Of a DNA stretch of 64,000 nt, positions 1-11,177 are shown one piece after another (position 1 is the first letter of the stretch; the number at the start of each line of letters is the position of its first letter). The position numbers and the translations under genes are program-made. The notes under the pieces were generated by a model. It had not been told where the DNA came from and made no database searches. It worked only from the letters and a program-made list of their open reading frames with translations. Origin of the DNA: an uncultured Chloroflexia bacterium (GTDB lineage: Bacteria; Chloroflexota; Dehalococcoidia; DSTF01; JACRBR01); contig CAVTNG010000004.1 in NCBI GenBank assembly GCA_963736015.1, positions 39,920-103,919 of the forward strand, written 5' to 3'.

Positions 1-939
1 AAGAGCCACGCCGCCGCCTTCGCCTTCCTCGCCTATCAGTCGGCGTGGCTCCGCCGCTACTACACCGTCGAGTTCACGACCGCCCTGCTCAACGCCCAGC
101 CCATGGGCTTCTACCCGCCGCACGTCCTCGTGCACGATGCCATCCGCCACGGCGTCAGCATCCTCCCGCCCGACATCAACGCCAGCAACGCCGCCTGCGT
201 CGTCGAGCAGGGATCGCTGCGCGTCGGCTTCGGCTACGTGAAGAGCATCGGCGAAGATGTCGCGCAGCAGATCGCGGGCGAGCGCGCCGAGCACGGCGAC
301 TTCGGTTCGCTCGCCGACTTCGTCCGTCGCATGGGGCGCCTCGCGTCATGTCCGCTGCATCAGGAGCCGATCGAGAACCTGGTGCAGGTGGGTGCGTTCG
401 ACGGCTTCGGCCTCAACCGTCGCGAATTGCTCTGGCAGCTAGGTCTGCTCTACAGCCCGCCGAACATGCAGATGGCTCTCGCGCTGCCCGTCGAGCAGGA
501 CGTCGCCCGGCTCGAGGATATGAGCGCGTGGGAGCGCATGACCGCCGACTACCAGCTCCTCTCACTCTCGCCTGGCTATCACCCGATGCAGCTCATCCGC
601 CCGCACCTCGGTGAATCGCTGCCGTCGCTGCGCCACCTTCTCCGCATGCCCGACGGCACGCGCGTGCACGTGCCCGGCATGGTCGTCTGCCGCCAGCAAC
701 CCGGCACGGCGAAGGGCTTCGTGTTCCTGCTGCTCGAAGACGAGTTCGGCATGGTCAACGTCATCGTCCCGCCCTGGCTCCACGAGCGTCAGCGCGCGCT
801 CGTCCGGGGCGAGGCCTTCGTCATCATCCACGGCGAGCTGCAGCGCAAGGAAGGAACCATCAACGTCCTCGCCGAGCGCTTCGAGCTGCTCCCCATCCCG
901 CACGCCATGCAGGCACCAGAGTCCCATAACTTCGGCTAG
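1..939 (+). CDS. dnaE2: Error-prone DNA polymerase III alpha DnaE2, C-terminal part (5' truncated)
   Basis: Frame 1 is open from base 1: [18 protein letters not shown]...[10 protein letters not shown]; OB-fold motif [20 protein letters not shown]; C-terminal SHNFG resembles the DnaE2 SRDF tail. Confidence 0.93.
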   Translation, partial: KSHAAAFAFLAYQSAWLRRYYTVEFTTALLNAQPMGFYPPHVLVHDAIRHGVSILPPDINASNAACVVEQGSLRVGFGYVKSIGEDVAQQIAGERAEHGDFGSLADFVRRMGRLASCPLHQEPIENLVQVGAFDGFGLNRRELLWQLGLLYSPPNMQMALALPVEQDVARLEDMSAWERMTADYQLLSLSPGYHPMQLIRPHLGESLPSLRHLLRMPDGTRVHVPGMVVCRQQPGTAKGFVFLLLEDEFGMVNVIVPPWLHERQRALVRGEAFVIIHGELQRKEGTINVLAERFELLPIPHAMQAPESHNFG

Positions 940-952
940 ATATCCTGACAGC

Positions 953-2051
953 ATGGCGCGCACGATCCTCCACGCCGATCTCGATGCCTTCTACGCCTCC
1001 GTCGAGCAGCTCGACAACCCGGAGCTGCGCGGCAAGCCCGTCGTCGTCGGCGGCTCGCCGGAAGGCCGCGGTGTTGTCGCCGCTGCGTCATACGAGGCTC
1101 GGGCGTTCGGCGTGCGCTCCGCCATGCCGATGTCACGCGCGTTCCGGCTCTGTCCCGATGCGATCCGAGTGTCGCCGCGCTTCAGCCGCTACGGCGAGCT
1201 TTCGCACGAGGTCATGGCCATCTTCCGCGCTCTTACGCCGCTCGTAGAGCCGCTCTCGCTCGATGAGGCGTTCCTCGACGTCACCGGCTGGGTCGATGAC
1301 GGCGCAGACGCGCGCGATGTCAGCGTGCTCCCTCAAGGACGAGGTGAAGACAAAGACGCAGCTCAACGTCTCCATCGGCGTCGCCACGAACAAGACCGTT
1401 GCCAAGATCGCCTCTGACGCCGGCAAACCCGACGGCCTGGTCGTCGTCCCGCCCGGCGAAGAAGCGGCGTTCCTCGCGCCGCTTCCGGTGCGCGCGCTCT
1501 TCGGCATCGGCCCCAAGACCGAAGCGCGCATCCGTCCCGCCGGCATCCGCACCATCGGCGACCTGGCCCGCCTGAGCGATGCGAGCGCGGCGCGGCTGCT
1601 CGGCTCCGGCGGGACGTTCCTCCGCGACCTCGCCCTCGGCATCGATGACCGCGCCGTCGAGCCGGAGCACGAGCGCAAGTCCGTCGGCGCCGAGACGACG
1701 TTCGCGCGCGACCTTCCCGATGGCCCCGAGCTGCGCGCCGCGCTTTCGCGCATTACGGCGGAGGTGGCGCAGCGCATGCGACGCGCGGGCGTGCGGGCGC
1801 ACACCGTCGCGCTCAAGCTCCGGTACGAGGACTTCCGCACCATCTCGCGCCAGTCCAGCGTGAAGCAGCCCATCGACGACGAGCGCGAGATCCGCCGTAT
1901 GGCTGGTCACCTCCTCGACGCCGTCGTCGAAAGCGGCGACCACTTCCGGCTTGTCGGCGTCCACTGCTCGCGCCTCACCGAGAGCGCCGCCCAGGCCGAG
2001 CTCTGGCAGCCCGGCGAGACGACAGCAGTCGACGCCAGGATCGAGGTGTAG
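953..2051 (+). CDS. dinB: DNA polymerase IV (Y family), frameshift near 1325
   Basis: [31 protein letters not shown] in the first frame; [27 protein letters not shown] in the second. Confidence 0.92.
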
Positions 2052-2054
2052 CGC

Positions 2055-2687
2055 ATGGTGAGCTTCCGGCAGGAAGACCGCTCGCGAGTCATGGACGGCG
2101 AGATCACGGTCACCTTTCGCCTTTGGAAGACCGCGAAGGTGAAGGCCGGAAAGGCCTACCGCACGAACAGAGGGATGATCGACATCGAGCGCATCGATCT
2201 CATGCCTGCGGGCGCGATCTCGAGGCGCGACATCAAGCCGTCCGGCTGTCCCAGCATCGAGGCGATCTGGGCGCTGGCCGGCGAGCACACGAACACGCGT
2301 GTCGATGCAGACACGCTGCTATATCGCGTCCAGTTCCGTTACCTCGGCGAGGTCGACCACGCAGTGCGTCCGCCTCCAACCACCGACCTCGACGCCATCG
2401 CGCTGCGCCTCGAGCGCATGGATGCGCGGTCGCGCCGCGGCCCGTGGACCATGCAGATGCTGCAGATGATCGAGTCCGCACCCGAGGTACCCGCGCGCAT
2501 CCTCGCTGCCGACCTCGGCTGGGAAACGCTGGACTTCAAGGCACATGTGCGCCGCCTCAAAGGCCTCGGCCTGACCATCAGCCACGAGGTCGGCTATGAG
2601 CTGTCCGACCTGGGCCGCGACTATCTCGCATCGATGAGCGTCGCCCCGAAGAAGAAGGCGAAACGACGCGCCGGGCATCGGCGCTGA
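2055..2687 (+). CDS. ASCH/PUA-like domain protein with C-terminal winged HTH
   Basis: GEITVTFRLW resembles the ASCH GxKxxTxR motif; C-terminal LAADLGWETLDFKAHVRRLKGLGLTISHEVGYELSDLG is wHTH-like. Confidence 0.65.
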   Translation: MVSFRQEDRSRVMDGEITVTFRLWKTAKVKAGKAYRTNRGMIDIERIDLMPAGAISRRDIKPSGCPSIEAIWALAGEHTNTRVDADTLLYRVQFRYLGEVDHAVRPPPTTDLDAIALRLERMDARSRRGPWTMQMLQMIESAPEVPARILAADLGWETLDFKAHVRRLKGLGLTISHEVGYELSDLGRDYLASMSVAPKKKAKRRAGHRR

Positions 2688-2717
2688 ACCGGGTAGCCGC
2701 CTCACCGGAAACGAACG

Positions 2718-3569
2718 CTAGCCCGCAGCCTCCAGGCGCCGCTGCGCGATCTCCGCGTACTCCGGCACGTTCTCGATCAGCAACCAGTCCCGTCCGTGCT
2801 TCGACGCGGCGAGCGCCAGTGTCCCCGCGCCGCCGAATGGATCGAGCACCAACTCGCCCGGCTGCGACGCGAGCAACACCGCTCGCTCCAGCAGCGCAAG
2901 CGGCTTCTGCGACGGGTGCTTCCCGGCAGCGCGCTCGCTGCGCGACGTCACGGGGAACTCCCACAGGTTGCGCATCTGCTTGCCGCCGTTCATCTCCTTG
3001 GCGTCCCAGTAGTTGAACGTCCAGCCCGTCGCCTTCGCCGGCGTCCCGTTCACTGCCCAGATGATCTGCTCGGTGCTCTCGGTGAGTGTCCGCGCGGTGA
3101 TGTTCGGCTGCGCGTTCGGCTTGAACCATACGACCGAGTTCAACACGCGTCGCTCCAAGACATGCTGCAGGATGAACCCGAGCTGGTAGATGTTGTGATA
3201 CGTGCCGAACACCAGGATGTTCCCGTTCGGCTTGACGACGCGCGACACCTCGCGCAGCCACGCGCAGTTGAAGGCGAAGAATTCGTCCTTCGTAAAGGCG
3301 TCCCATGTCTCGTCCATGGTCACGTGCGACGAGAACGCCCACCCGAGTCCGTTCTTGCTCTTCCGCCCGCTGCCTGAGCCGATGTTGAATGGCGGGTCGA
3401 CGATGCAGTGGTCGATGCATCCGTCCGGCCAGCCGCGCATCACCTCCAGGCAGTCGCCGGTGATGATCCGGTTGGGCGCCGGACGTGCGGCGCTCACCGA
3501 AATCGGCGTGACCGCAGCGGCGCCACTCCCGCGCGAGCTGCGTTTGCTCGTAGTCACCATGGGGCTCAT
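2718..3569 (-). CDS. Solitary beta-class amino-DNA methyltransferase (DpnA/CcrM/M.HinfI-like)
   Basis: Catalytic DPPF precedes SAM motif LDPFGGAGT; NGGKQM and GKHPSQKP; start at 3569 or 3560. Confidence 0.9.
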   Translation of the reverse strand: MSPMVTTSKRSSRGSGAAAVTPISVSAARPAPNRIITGDCLEVMRGWPDGCIDHCIVDPPFNIGSGSGRKSKNGLGWAFSSHVTMDETWDAFTKDEFFAFNCAWLREVSRVVKPNGNILVFGTYHNIYQLGFILQHVLERRVLNSVVWFKPNAQPNITARTLTESTEQIIWAVNGTPAKATGWTFNYWDAKEMNGGKQMRNLWEFPVTSRSERAAGKHPSQKPLALLERAVLLASQPGELVLDPFGGAGTLALAASKHGRDWLLIENVPEYAEIAQRRLEAAG

Positions 3570-3670
3570 TAGATCAGCGTCGTGATCGATCGCCCATAGG
3601 GGAATACCCGCACTTCCGGGCTGCTCGGCGGCATCTGCGTATTGCCGGCGGCCCGATACACTGGCGCGCG

Positions 3671-3988
3671 ATGGCACCTACGTTCACGGAACAGATCGCC
3701 GAAGTGCGAGCCGCGCTCATCTGCGAGCGCTGCGGCCGCTATGTCGGCAGCCTCGCCGAATCGCGCTACCGCCCCGCCCCTTACCCCGTCGCCGTCGACC
3801 GCATTGGCGCCGACGACGAGGCGCTGACCCTCATCGCGTTCGAGCGCCACATGATCGGCCTCCTTCGCTCCGGAAACTTCGTGATCCGCCATCCTGAACG
3901 AGACGGACGCTGCATCAGCATCCGCGAGTGGCTCGCCGGGGACGAGGATGAGGACGAAGACGACGACGGTCGTGCTTCCGTCGATTGA
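3671..3988 (+). CDS. Hypothetical protein with CxxC, possibly zinc-binding, acidic tail
   Basis: 105-aa ORF with CERC and a later H/C; TACACT -10 element 8 nt before the ATG. Confidence 0.6.
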   Translation: MAPTFTEQIAEVRAALICERCGRYVGSLAESRYRPAPYPVAVDRIGADDEALTLIAFERHMIGLLRSGNFVIRHPERDGRCISIREWLAGDEDEDEDDDGRASVD

Positions 3989-4188
3989 CTCGGCGGTGTC
4001 AGTATGACGCGGCGCGCTTAGAGGTCGTCGGCCCAAGGCGTACGCTGCCCCCGCGAGGGCGCGCCTGCCTTGGATCGTCCCGAAGCATGATCAGGCCAGC
4101 GCGTGACCGTGCGGCTGAAACTGCAGAACGAAATCGAGATCAGATTCAAGACACCCGGTCAGTGGCGGGAGGTGTCAGCAGCTCGGCG

Positions 4189-4887
4189 TTACGCCGCCGC
4201 GTCGATGCTCTGCAGCGGGTTGGGGCCGCGCCCGGTGAGTTGGTTCACGCGTACCATGCTCACGAATGACTTGACGAGGTATGGGTCGAACTGTTGGCCC
4301 GCATTGTTCTCCAACTCGCGCAGCGCCAGGTCCTCGCCGCGCTTGGCGCGGTAAGGCGTGTCCATGATCATCGCGGCGTATGCATCGGCAACGGTCATGA
4401 TGCGAGCCGCCAGCGGGATGTCTTTCCCAGCCATGCCCTTCGGGTAGCCGTGGCCATCCCAGCGCTCGTGGTGGAAGAGCACCACCTCGAGCACACCCTG
4501 CGAGAGCCACCGGGGGCTCACCTTCAGGACATCCCAGTCTCGCAGCAGGTCGTATCCCGTCGAGACGTGGTTCCGCATCATCATCGTCTCGGCCGTCGAG
4601 AGGGGACCTTCCTTTGTCAGGACGTTCTCGGGAACGGAGATCTTCCCCAGGTCGTAGACGTGGCCCGCCACCCAGAGGGCGGCGATGCTGTCGTACGACA
4701 TGTCCTGCCGGTTCGCCAGCTGGAGCGCGTACTCGGTCGCCAAACCGGAGTGGTGGCCCGAGTAGTTATCTCGGCTATCCAGCTTCTCACGCCACGATGC
4801 CAGCAGCCCATGAACGTGCGCCCAGGTGTCCTGCGGATACAGCGATATCAGCAGGTCGACGACCGAAGACATCTCGAGGACGGACAA
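4189..4887 (-). CDS. HD-GYP domain protein with HD changed to YD
   Basis: HVYDLGK, HHERWDGHGYP, ARIMTVADAYAAM; TTG start after GGAGGGAG. Confidence 0.88.
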   Translation of the reverse strand: MSVLEMSSVVDLLISLYPQDTWAHVHGLLASWREKLDSRDNYSGHHSGLATEYALQLANRQDMSYDSIAALWVAGHVYDLGKISVPENVLTKEGPLSTAETMMMRNHVSTGYDLLRDWDVLKVSPRWLSQGVLEVVLFHHERWDGHGYPKGMAGKDIPLAARIMTVADAYAAMIMDTPYRAKRGEDLALRELENNAGQQFDPYLVKSFVSMVRVNQLTGRGPNPLQSIDAAA

Positions 4888-5093
4888 GCGGACTCCCTCC
4901 GAGCATTCTCCCCGGAATGTATCGGCACGAGGCCCTATCCGCGCCACTGCTAGATTCGCGATGCGCCCGCGTCAATATCATCCGATGCGTACCATAGAAG
5001 GATGGGCAAAACGGGTGTACAATGGCTTCGGAGAGCTGCATGAACGCCCGTGAAGTCAGGGACGACCGTTCCGCGCCGGCCCGCGAGGTGCGT

Positions 5094-5219
5094 ATGGGCG
5101 AATCTGAATGCCCCCGCTGCCGCAAGTACTTTACGGCCAGCTATTGGAGCGGCGGCGTGATGATCCAGGCCCGTTGTCTCAGCTGTGACTTAAAGTGGCC
5201 CCTTCCGGACGTGGTCTGA
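5094..5219 (+). CDS. Small zinc-ribbon protein (41 aa)
   Basis: CPRC...CLSC pairs; GAGGTG SD before the ATG; alternative start 5040. Confidence 0.5.
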   Translation: MGESECPRCRKYFTASYWSGGVMIQARCLSCDLKWPLPDVV

Positions 5220-5290
5220 AGCTAAACCACTCCTCCTGCGAACTAAGGCTGGACCGACTGTGTATACGTGTGTAGATGTGCTGGTGAACG

Positions 5291-6676
5291 ATGGTAAAGG
5301 CTAAAGAGCGTGAGCTGGTAACCCCGATCCGCCCGGGCGAGGAGGCCGACGGCACACGCCCGAACCCAATCCCGACCGTGCGGCCCGAGGCGGAAGAGCC
5401 GGTCGGCGAAACGCCCGATTCCGTTGAGCTGTATCTCAACGAGATAGCGCGCTACAAGCTGCTGCGTCCGGATGAAGAGGTCTCGCTCGCGAAGGAAATC
5501 GAGAACGGCCGCATCCTCGACGAGCTGAGCGATGCCTTCATGGAAGAGCACCTCACCGCGCCCAGCATCGAGCAGCTCACGGTGCGCCTTCTGCAGGACG
5601 TGCACGACGGCCTGGCGATGGTTCGACGTTCGAAGGTCATCAAGGGCTTTCCGCAGCGCGGGTCCTACACCGACCAGCTCTTCTTCGAGGGACTGCGCGA
5701 GGGCATTCAGGACCATCTCGAGGAGCCGTTCGAGGAGGCCATCGCCACCGCGACGAAGAGACAGCTGCCGCAAGTACGCGGACCGCTCATCACGCTGGCA
5801 GTGGCCCAGCGGATCTTCCCGGAGTCATCGTGGAAGGCGCTCGACGAGGCCATCCGCATCATCCACAACGGCACCACCCGCGCGACTGACCGCTCGCTGG
5901 CCGCGCGACTGCGCGTACTCGTGCCGCACATCCGCACCGCCCGGCAGATCGCGCAGCGAGCCGAAGAGCACATGGTCAACGCAAACCTGCGCCTCGTGGT
6001 AAGCGTGGCGAAGAAATACGCAGGCCGTGGCATGCCGCTGATGGACTTGATCCAGGAAGGCAACGGCGGCCTCATGCGCGCCGTCGAGAAGTTCGAGCAT
6101 CGGCGCGGCTTCCGCTTCAGCACGTACGCCACCTGGTGGATCCGCCAGGCCGTAGGCCGCGCGATCGCCGACAAGGGCCGCACCATCCGTCTGCCGATTC
6201 ACATCACGGAGCTCATCTCCAAGTACTCGCAGGCACGCGAGCGCCTGTTCCAGCGCCTCGGCCGTGAGCCGAAGACATCGGAGCTGTCGAAGATGATGGG
6301 CATGCCGCCCGACAAAGTGCGCGAGGCGGCGCGGGCACTGCGCCAGTCCGTCGTGTCCCTCGAAACACCGGTCGGCGAGGAAGAGGAAGGCACGCTGGGT
6401 AGCGTGCTCGAGGACGTGATGGCGCCCTCGCCGGAGGAAGAGGCCTCACGCCAGCTCCTCCGCGAGCGCGTGCGCAGCGCCCTCGACGTTCTGACGCCCC
6501 GCGAGCGCACCGTCATCGAGCTTCGATTCGGCATCAAGGATGGCCGTCCGCGGACGCTGGATATCGTCGGTAACGAGCTCGGCGTCACGCGCGAGCGCGC
6601 TCGCCAGATCGAGGCGCAGGCGCTCGAGAAGCTCCGGCGTTCGAACGGCAACCTCCGCGGCGAAGGCGACTTCTAG
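5291..6676 (+). CDS. Sigma-70 factor, RpoD/SigA family (group-2-like, no region 1.1)
   Basis: Region 1.2 [10 protein letters not shown]; region 2 [25 protein letters not shown]; region 4 [11 protein letters not shown]. Confidence 0.93.
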   Translation: MVKAKERELVTPIRPGEEADGTRPNPIPTVRPEAEEPVGETPDSVELYLNEIARYKLLRPDEEVSLAKEIENGRILDELSDAFMEEHLTAPSIEQLTVRLLQDVHDGLAMVRRSKVIKGFPQRGSYTDQLFFEGLREGIQDHLEEPFEEAIATATKRQLPQVRGPLITLAVAQRIFPESSWKALDEAIRIIHNGTTRATDRSLAARLRVLVPHIRTARQIAQRAEEHMVNANLRLVVSVAKKYAGRGMPLMDLIQEGNGGLMRAVEKFEHRRGFRFSTYATWWIRQAVGRAIADKGRTIRLPIHITELISKYSQARERLFQRLGREPKTSELSKMMGMPPDKVREAARALRQSVVSLETPVGEEEEGTLGSVLEDVMAPSPEEEASRQLLRERVRSALDVLTPRERTVIELRFGIKDGRPRTLDIVGNELGVTRERARQIEAQALEKLRRSNGNLRGEGDF

Positions 6677-6918
6677 GGCGAGCCGTACCACCTTCGCGAA
6701 GATAGTTCATTCGTACCTGCCACGCGGTCTGGGCGCGTGCCTAGCATGCCGCGCAAGCGCGCCGTGGTGCCGTGCAAGTAGACAGAACGTATGTGCCACA
6801 ATTGCGGCCTCGCGCCTATACTACGCCCGCCACGCCGTGAGCAGCGCACGCCGTAGCTCGCCGGTCAGGTAACAGCGTTCGAAGCAGTGGCCCCGCAGGC
6901 CAGGGAGATGTACGCACG

Positions 6919-8842
6919 ATGGTTCTGGGAAAGCTCCGCATTCTGGGGGCCGCCGACGAAGCCGAAACATCGTCGCGGGACACTGAGGACGGTCCGCTCA
7001 CCTTCGCCGAGTTGCTCGACGAGAACCGGCGCGCCTGGGGTGACCGCACCGCGTTCCAGCAGAAATCGCGCCGCGAGTGGAAGCGCATCTCGCACCACGA
7101 CGTGTACCGCCGCTCCTATGACATCGCAGCCGGCCTGATCTCGCTGGGCGTGAAGCGCGGCGACCGCGTAGCTCTTGTCTTTGAAAACAGCATCGACTGG
7201 GTCTGCGCCTATTACGGAACCGTCATCACCGGCGCGATCGGCGTCCCGATCTATTACGACCTGAAGTCCGCCGAGATCAAGGAAATGCTCGATCGCAGCC
7301 AGGCGAAGGTGCTCTTCACTACGCCGAAGGTCCTCGGGCAACTCTCGCAGGACGCCGCGCTTCACGTCGGGCACGTCGTACTCGCCGACAGCGGCGAGCG
7401 AGCGGGTGCGCCGCCCGTCCAGCTGACGCGCAGCGGAGCGAAATGCCCGGACGATCGACGAGCTCATCGCCGGCGCCACGCCGGAGTCGCGCATAGCGCT
7501 CGCGGAGACCATCGTCGCGCCAGACGACCTCGCGTCGATCGTCTTCACATCCGGGACCACGGGCGGCATGAAGGGCGTCACGCTCACACACCGCAACTTC
7601 ATGGCCAACATGCGGTCGATCCGCGCATCGATACCGTTCACGGAGCGCGACCGCCTCGTGATGGTACTGCCGATGCACCACGCCTTTCCATTCACTGTAG
7701 GCGCCGTAGTGTGTCCCTCTGTCGGCGGCGTGATGACGATCGAGAACGACCTACGCCGCATCCGCGACCGCATGGCAGAAGTGAAGCCCACGCTGTTCCT
7801 TGGCGTGCCGGCGCTCTTCGACGTCATGTACCGCAACATCGTCCACGGCATCGAGGCCCAGGGCCGCCTCGAGAACTTCGAACGCGGCCTCCGCATCGTC
7901 GAAGCAACGAAGCAGCGAACCGGCGTCAACCTCGGGCGCATCGTCTTCCGCGAGCTGCACAAGCGCCTTGGCGGCAGCCTGCGCTTCATGGTGAGCGGCG
8001 GCGCGGCGCTGAATCCGCAGACCGCACTAAACTTCTCGAGCCTGGGCGTCTGCATCATCCAGGGCTGGGGCCTGACCGAGGCCTCGCCCGTGCTCAGCGC
8101 GCAGCGCTGGAACCCCCGCAAGTTTTACATGTCCAACTACTACGAGGAGCACGTCGGCACCGTCGGGCCCGCCCTCGAAGGCGTCGAGATCGGCCTCATC
8201 GACGTGCCCGAAAAGGAGCTGTACGTGCACCTCCATGGCGAGGGTGAGCTCGTCGCGCGTGGCGACAACATCACCCCCGGATACTGGCTGGCAGACGACG
8301 CCACGAAGGCCGTGAAGGTGGGCGGCTGGCTACGGACCGGTGATGTCGGATACCTCGACGACGAGGGCAACGTCTGGATCACCGGCCGCAGCAAGTTCGT
8401 CATCGTTCTCGATTCAGGCGAGAAGGTGCATCCGGATGAGGTAGAGGAGAAGCTCGATCGCAGCGCTGCCATTCAGGACGTCACCGTCGTCGGACGCAAG
8501 GTGCGGGGCAAGACGCAGGTGTGGGCCGTCATCTATCCAAACCGCGACGAAGTCGTCGCGCGCCTCGGGACAGATCTCTCGGTCGAGGCCGTCCGCACGC
8601 TCCTCAAGGCTGAGGTCGATGCCAACGAATCGGACATCGCGCCGTACAAGCGGATCGTCGACTTCATGCTGACCGACATGCCGCTGCCGCGCACAGTGCC
8701 GTTGCGTAAGATCGCGCGCGGGCAGATCGCCGATAACTACGGTTTCGAGCTTGACCGCTGGGAGCGGAGCTGGGACGAGCTACAGTCCTCCCTGGCCACA
8801 CCGGCGGCACCGGAGGAGAGCGAAGAACTGGTCTCCGCGTAG
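6919..8842 (+). CDS. Long-chain acyl-CoA synthetase (AMP-binding), frameshift near 7440
   Basis: IVFTSGTTGGMKG P-loop, QGWGLTE, WLRTGD, ITGRSK. Confidence 0.88.
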
Positions 8843-8867
8843 CACGCCAGCCGAGAAGCACACAACG

Positions 8868-8895
8868 ACAAGAGGCCCCGATCGGGGCCTCTTGT
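8868..8895. terminator. Perfect 28-bp palindrome between convergent genes, probable bidirectional terminator
   Basis: ACAAGAGGCCCCGA|TCGGGGCCTCTTGT. Confidence 0.8.
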
Positions 8896-8915
8896 TCCTG
8901 TCTGTGGCGCGACGA

Positions 8916-11177
8916 TTACTTCGATATGAACAGCGGGGCCAGCACGAGCGAGATCGTCGCCAACAGCTTCACGAGCACGTGCAGTGACGGACCGGCCGTG
9001 TCCTTGAACGGATCGCCGATCGTGTCACCGACGACGGCCGCCTTGTGGGCCTCGCTGCCCTTCCCCTGCACGACGCCGTTCTCGTCCACTAGCCCACCGG
9101 ACTCGATGAACTTCTTGGCGTTATCCCAGGCGCCGCCGCCGTTGTTCAACACGGTCGCCATGAGGATGCCGCCGATAGTACCGACGATGAGCAGCCCCGC
9201 GACCGCCTGCCACCCCGATCCGTGCGCATATGAAACGCCGGCAATCTCGATCGACTGGTCGCGCGCGTAGCGGAAGATGAGCCCGACCGCGACAGGCATA
9301 CCAACGGCGAGTATGCCCGGGGCAACCATCTGGCGAAGCGCCGAGCGCGCGGTGATGTCGACGGCGCGACCATAGTCCGGGCGCGAGGTGCCCGCGAGGA
9401 TGCCAGGATCCGCTCGGAACTGTCGCCGCACTTCCTCGATGATGTCGCCACCGGCGTTGCCCACGGCACGGATGGCGAGCGAGCTGAAGAGGAACACAAG
9501 CATGACGCCCATCAGCCCACCAACAAAGACGTCGACGTTCGCGATGTTCACTGGTAACTCGGTGGTGAGGGGTATCCGGAGGTTCTCTTTGACCGCGTCA
9601 AGGTAGGCGGAGAACAAGAGGAACGCGGCAAGACCGGCCGATGCAACCGCGTAGCCCTTCGTGAGAGCCTTCGTCGTATTCCCGACAGCGTCGAGGCGGT
9701 CGGTGATCTCACGGGCGCTCGCCGGCGCGCCGGACATCTCCGTGATGCCGCCGGCGTTGTCCGTAATCGGCCCGAACGTGTCCATGCTCAGGATGTACGC
9801 GGCCGACATGAGCATGCCCATCGTCGCTACGGCAGTGCCATAGATGCCGGTCGTGAACGAGGGCAGGGCGTCGTTGATTTCCGCCTGCGTGCCGAGGGCG
9901 AACGCGCTCACCAGCGCCAGCCCGATCGCGATGGCCGTGAGCGCCGTCGTCTCGAATCCAACGGCCGTACCGATGATGACGTTTGTCGCCGGGCCCGTAC
10001 GGGACGCCCGCGCGATCTCCTGAACCGGGCGCCACGAACCCGCCGTGTAGTACTGCGTGATGTAGACGAACACGATGCCCGTGGCGATTCCAACGAGCCC
10101 ACAGAAGAAGAACCAGTACCAGGCGTCGCCAAGCATCACCTTCGTTGAGATGAGCAGCCCGAGCACGGACAGCGCTGAGACGACGTAAAAGCCGTAGTTC
10201 AACGGGGTCATGGGGTCTTGCTTCGACTCCGCCTCGCGGTCGGTGAAGAACGGCACCGACACGATGCCGATGATCGTCGCGATGATTCCGAAGGATCGAA
10301 GCACGAGCGGGAACATGATCCACTCGATATCGCCCGTCGCGACGTAAATGGCCACGCCCAGAATCATCGCGCCGATGTTCTCGGCCGACATCGATTCGAA
10401 CAGATCCGCGCCACGGCCCGCGCAGTCGCCCACGTTGTCACCGACCAGATCGGCCACGACTGCGGCGTTCCGCGGGTCGTCCTCGGGGATACCAGCCTCA
10501 ACCTTGCCGACGAGGTCGGCGCCGACATCGGCGGCCTTCGTGTAGATTCCACCACCGAGCTGGGCAAAGAGCGCGACGAAGCTGGCACCGAAGCCGAACC
10601 CGACGATGAGGAACGGCGTGATCTCAGGCGGGTTGTCGAGGACGTAGCTGTAGACGAAGAAGATGCCCGACACGCCGAGGAGGCTCAACGCAACCACCAG
10701 GAAGCCCGACACGGCGCCGCCACGCAGGGCGACCGTCACGGCGTCACGCAGGCTGTTCTGGGCAGCAGCCGCTGTGCGGACGTTCGACCGCACGGCGATG
10801 AACATGCCGATGTACCCGGCGAGCGCCGAGCAGGCGGCGCCCACGAGGAATGCGATGCCCGTGAGGCAGCCCAATTCCCAGTTGTCCACGACGACCCTGG
10901 GGCCGTAGTCGACGCGGCCGTCAACGAACAGGACGGGATGGACACCTTCCGAAATAGCGCCGACAATCACGGCCACGGCGACCGCTGTCAGCACGGCGAG
11001 AATTGCGATAGTTCGATATTGACGTCTGAGGAACGCCATTGCGCCCTCGAAGATCATGCCCGCGATCTCTTGCATCGCCGGTGTGCCCGTGTCGCGACTG
11101 AGCACGTCACGCGCCAGCCACAGTGAGAACAGCACCGCCGCGGCGCCGGTGACCGGCACCATCCATACAAGTTCCAT
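8916..11177 (-). CDS. hppA: Membrane-bound H+-translocating pyrophosphatase, K+-independent type
   Basis: GGIYTKAADVGADLVGKVE, DNVGDCAG, GDTIGDPFKDT; the K in GNTTKA marks the K+-independent clade. Confidence 0.95.
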   Translation of the reverse strand: MELVWMVPVTGAAAVLFSLWLARDVLSRDTGTPAMQEIAGMIFEGAMAFLRRQYRTIAILAVLTAVAVAVIVGAISEGVHPVLFVDGRVDYGPRVVVDNWELGCLTGIAFLVGAACSALAGYIGMFIAVRSNVRTAAAAQNSLRDAVTVALRGGAVSGFLVVALSLLGVSGIFFVYSYVLDNPPEITPFLIVGFGFGASFVALFAQLGGGIYTKAADVGADLVGKVEAGIPEDDPRNAAVVADLVGDNVGDCAGRGADLFESMSAENIGAMILGVAIYVATGDIEWIMFPLVLRSFGIIATIIGIVSVPFFTDREAESKQDPMTPLNYGFYVVSALSVLGLLISTKVMLGDAWYWFFFCGLVGIATGIVFVYITQYYTAGSWRPVQEIARASRTGPATNVIIGTAVGFETTALTAIAIGLALVSAFALGTQAEINDALPSFTTGIYGTAVATMGMLMSAAYILSMDTFGPITDNAGGITEMSGAPASAREITDRLDAVGNTTKALTKGYAVASAGLAAFLLFSAYLDAVKENLRIPLTTELPVNIANVDVFVGGLMGVMLVFLFSSLAIRAVGNAGGDIIEEVRRQFRADPGILAGTSRPDYGRAVDITARSALRQMVAPGILAVGMPVAVGLIFRYARDQSIEIAGVSYAHGSGWQAVAGLLIVGTIGGILMATVLNNGGGAWDNAKKFIESGGLVDENGVVQGKGSEAHKAAVVGDTIGDPFKDTAGPSLHVLVKLLATISLVLAPLFISK

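Noticed and set aside
6784-6797. AGAACGTATGTGCC as an SOS box
   Set aside because: Right half-site is imperfect and the downstream gene is an acyl-CoA ligase
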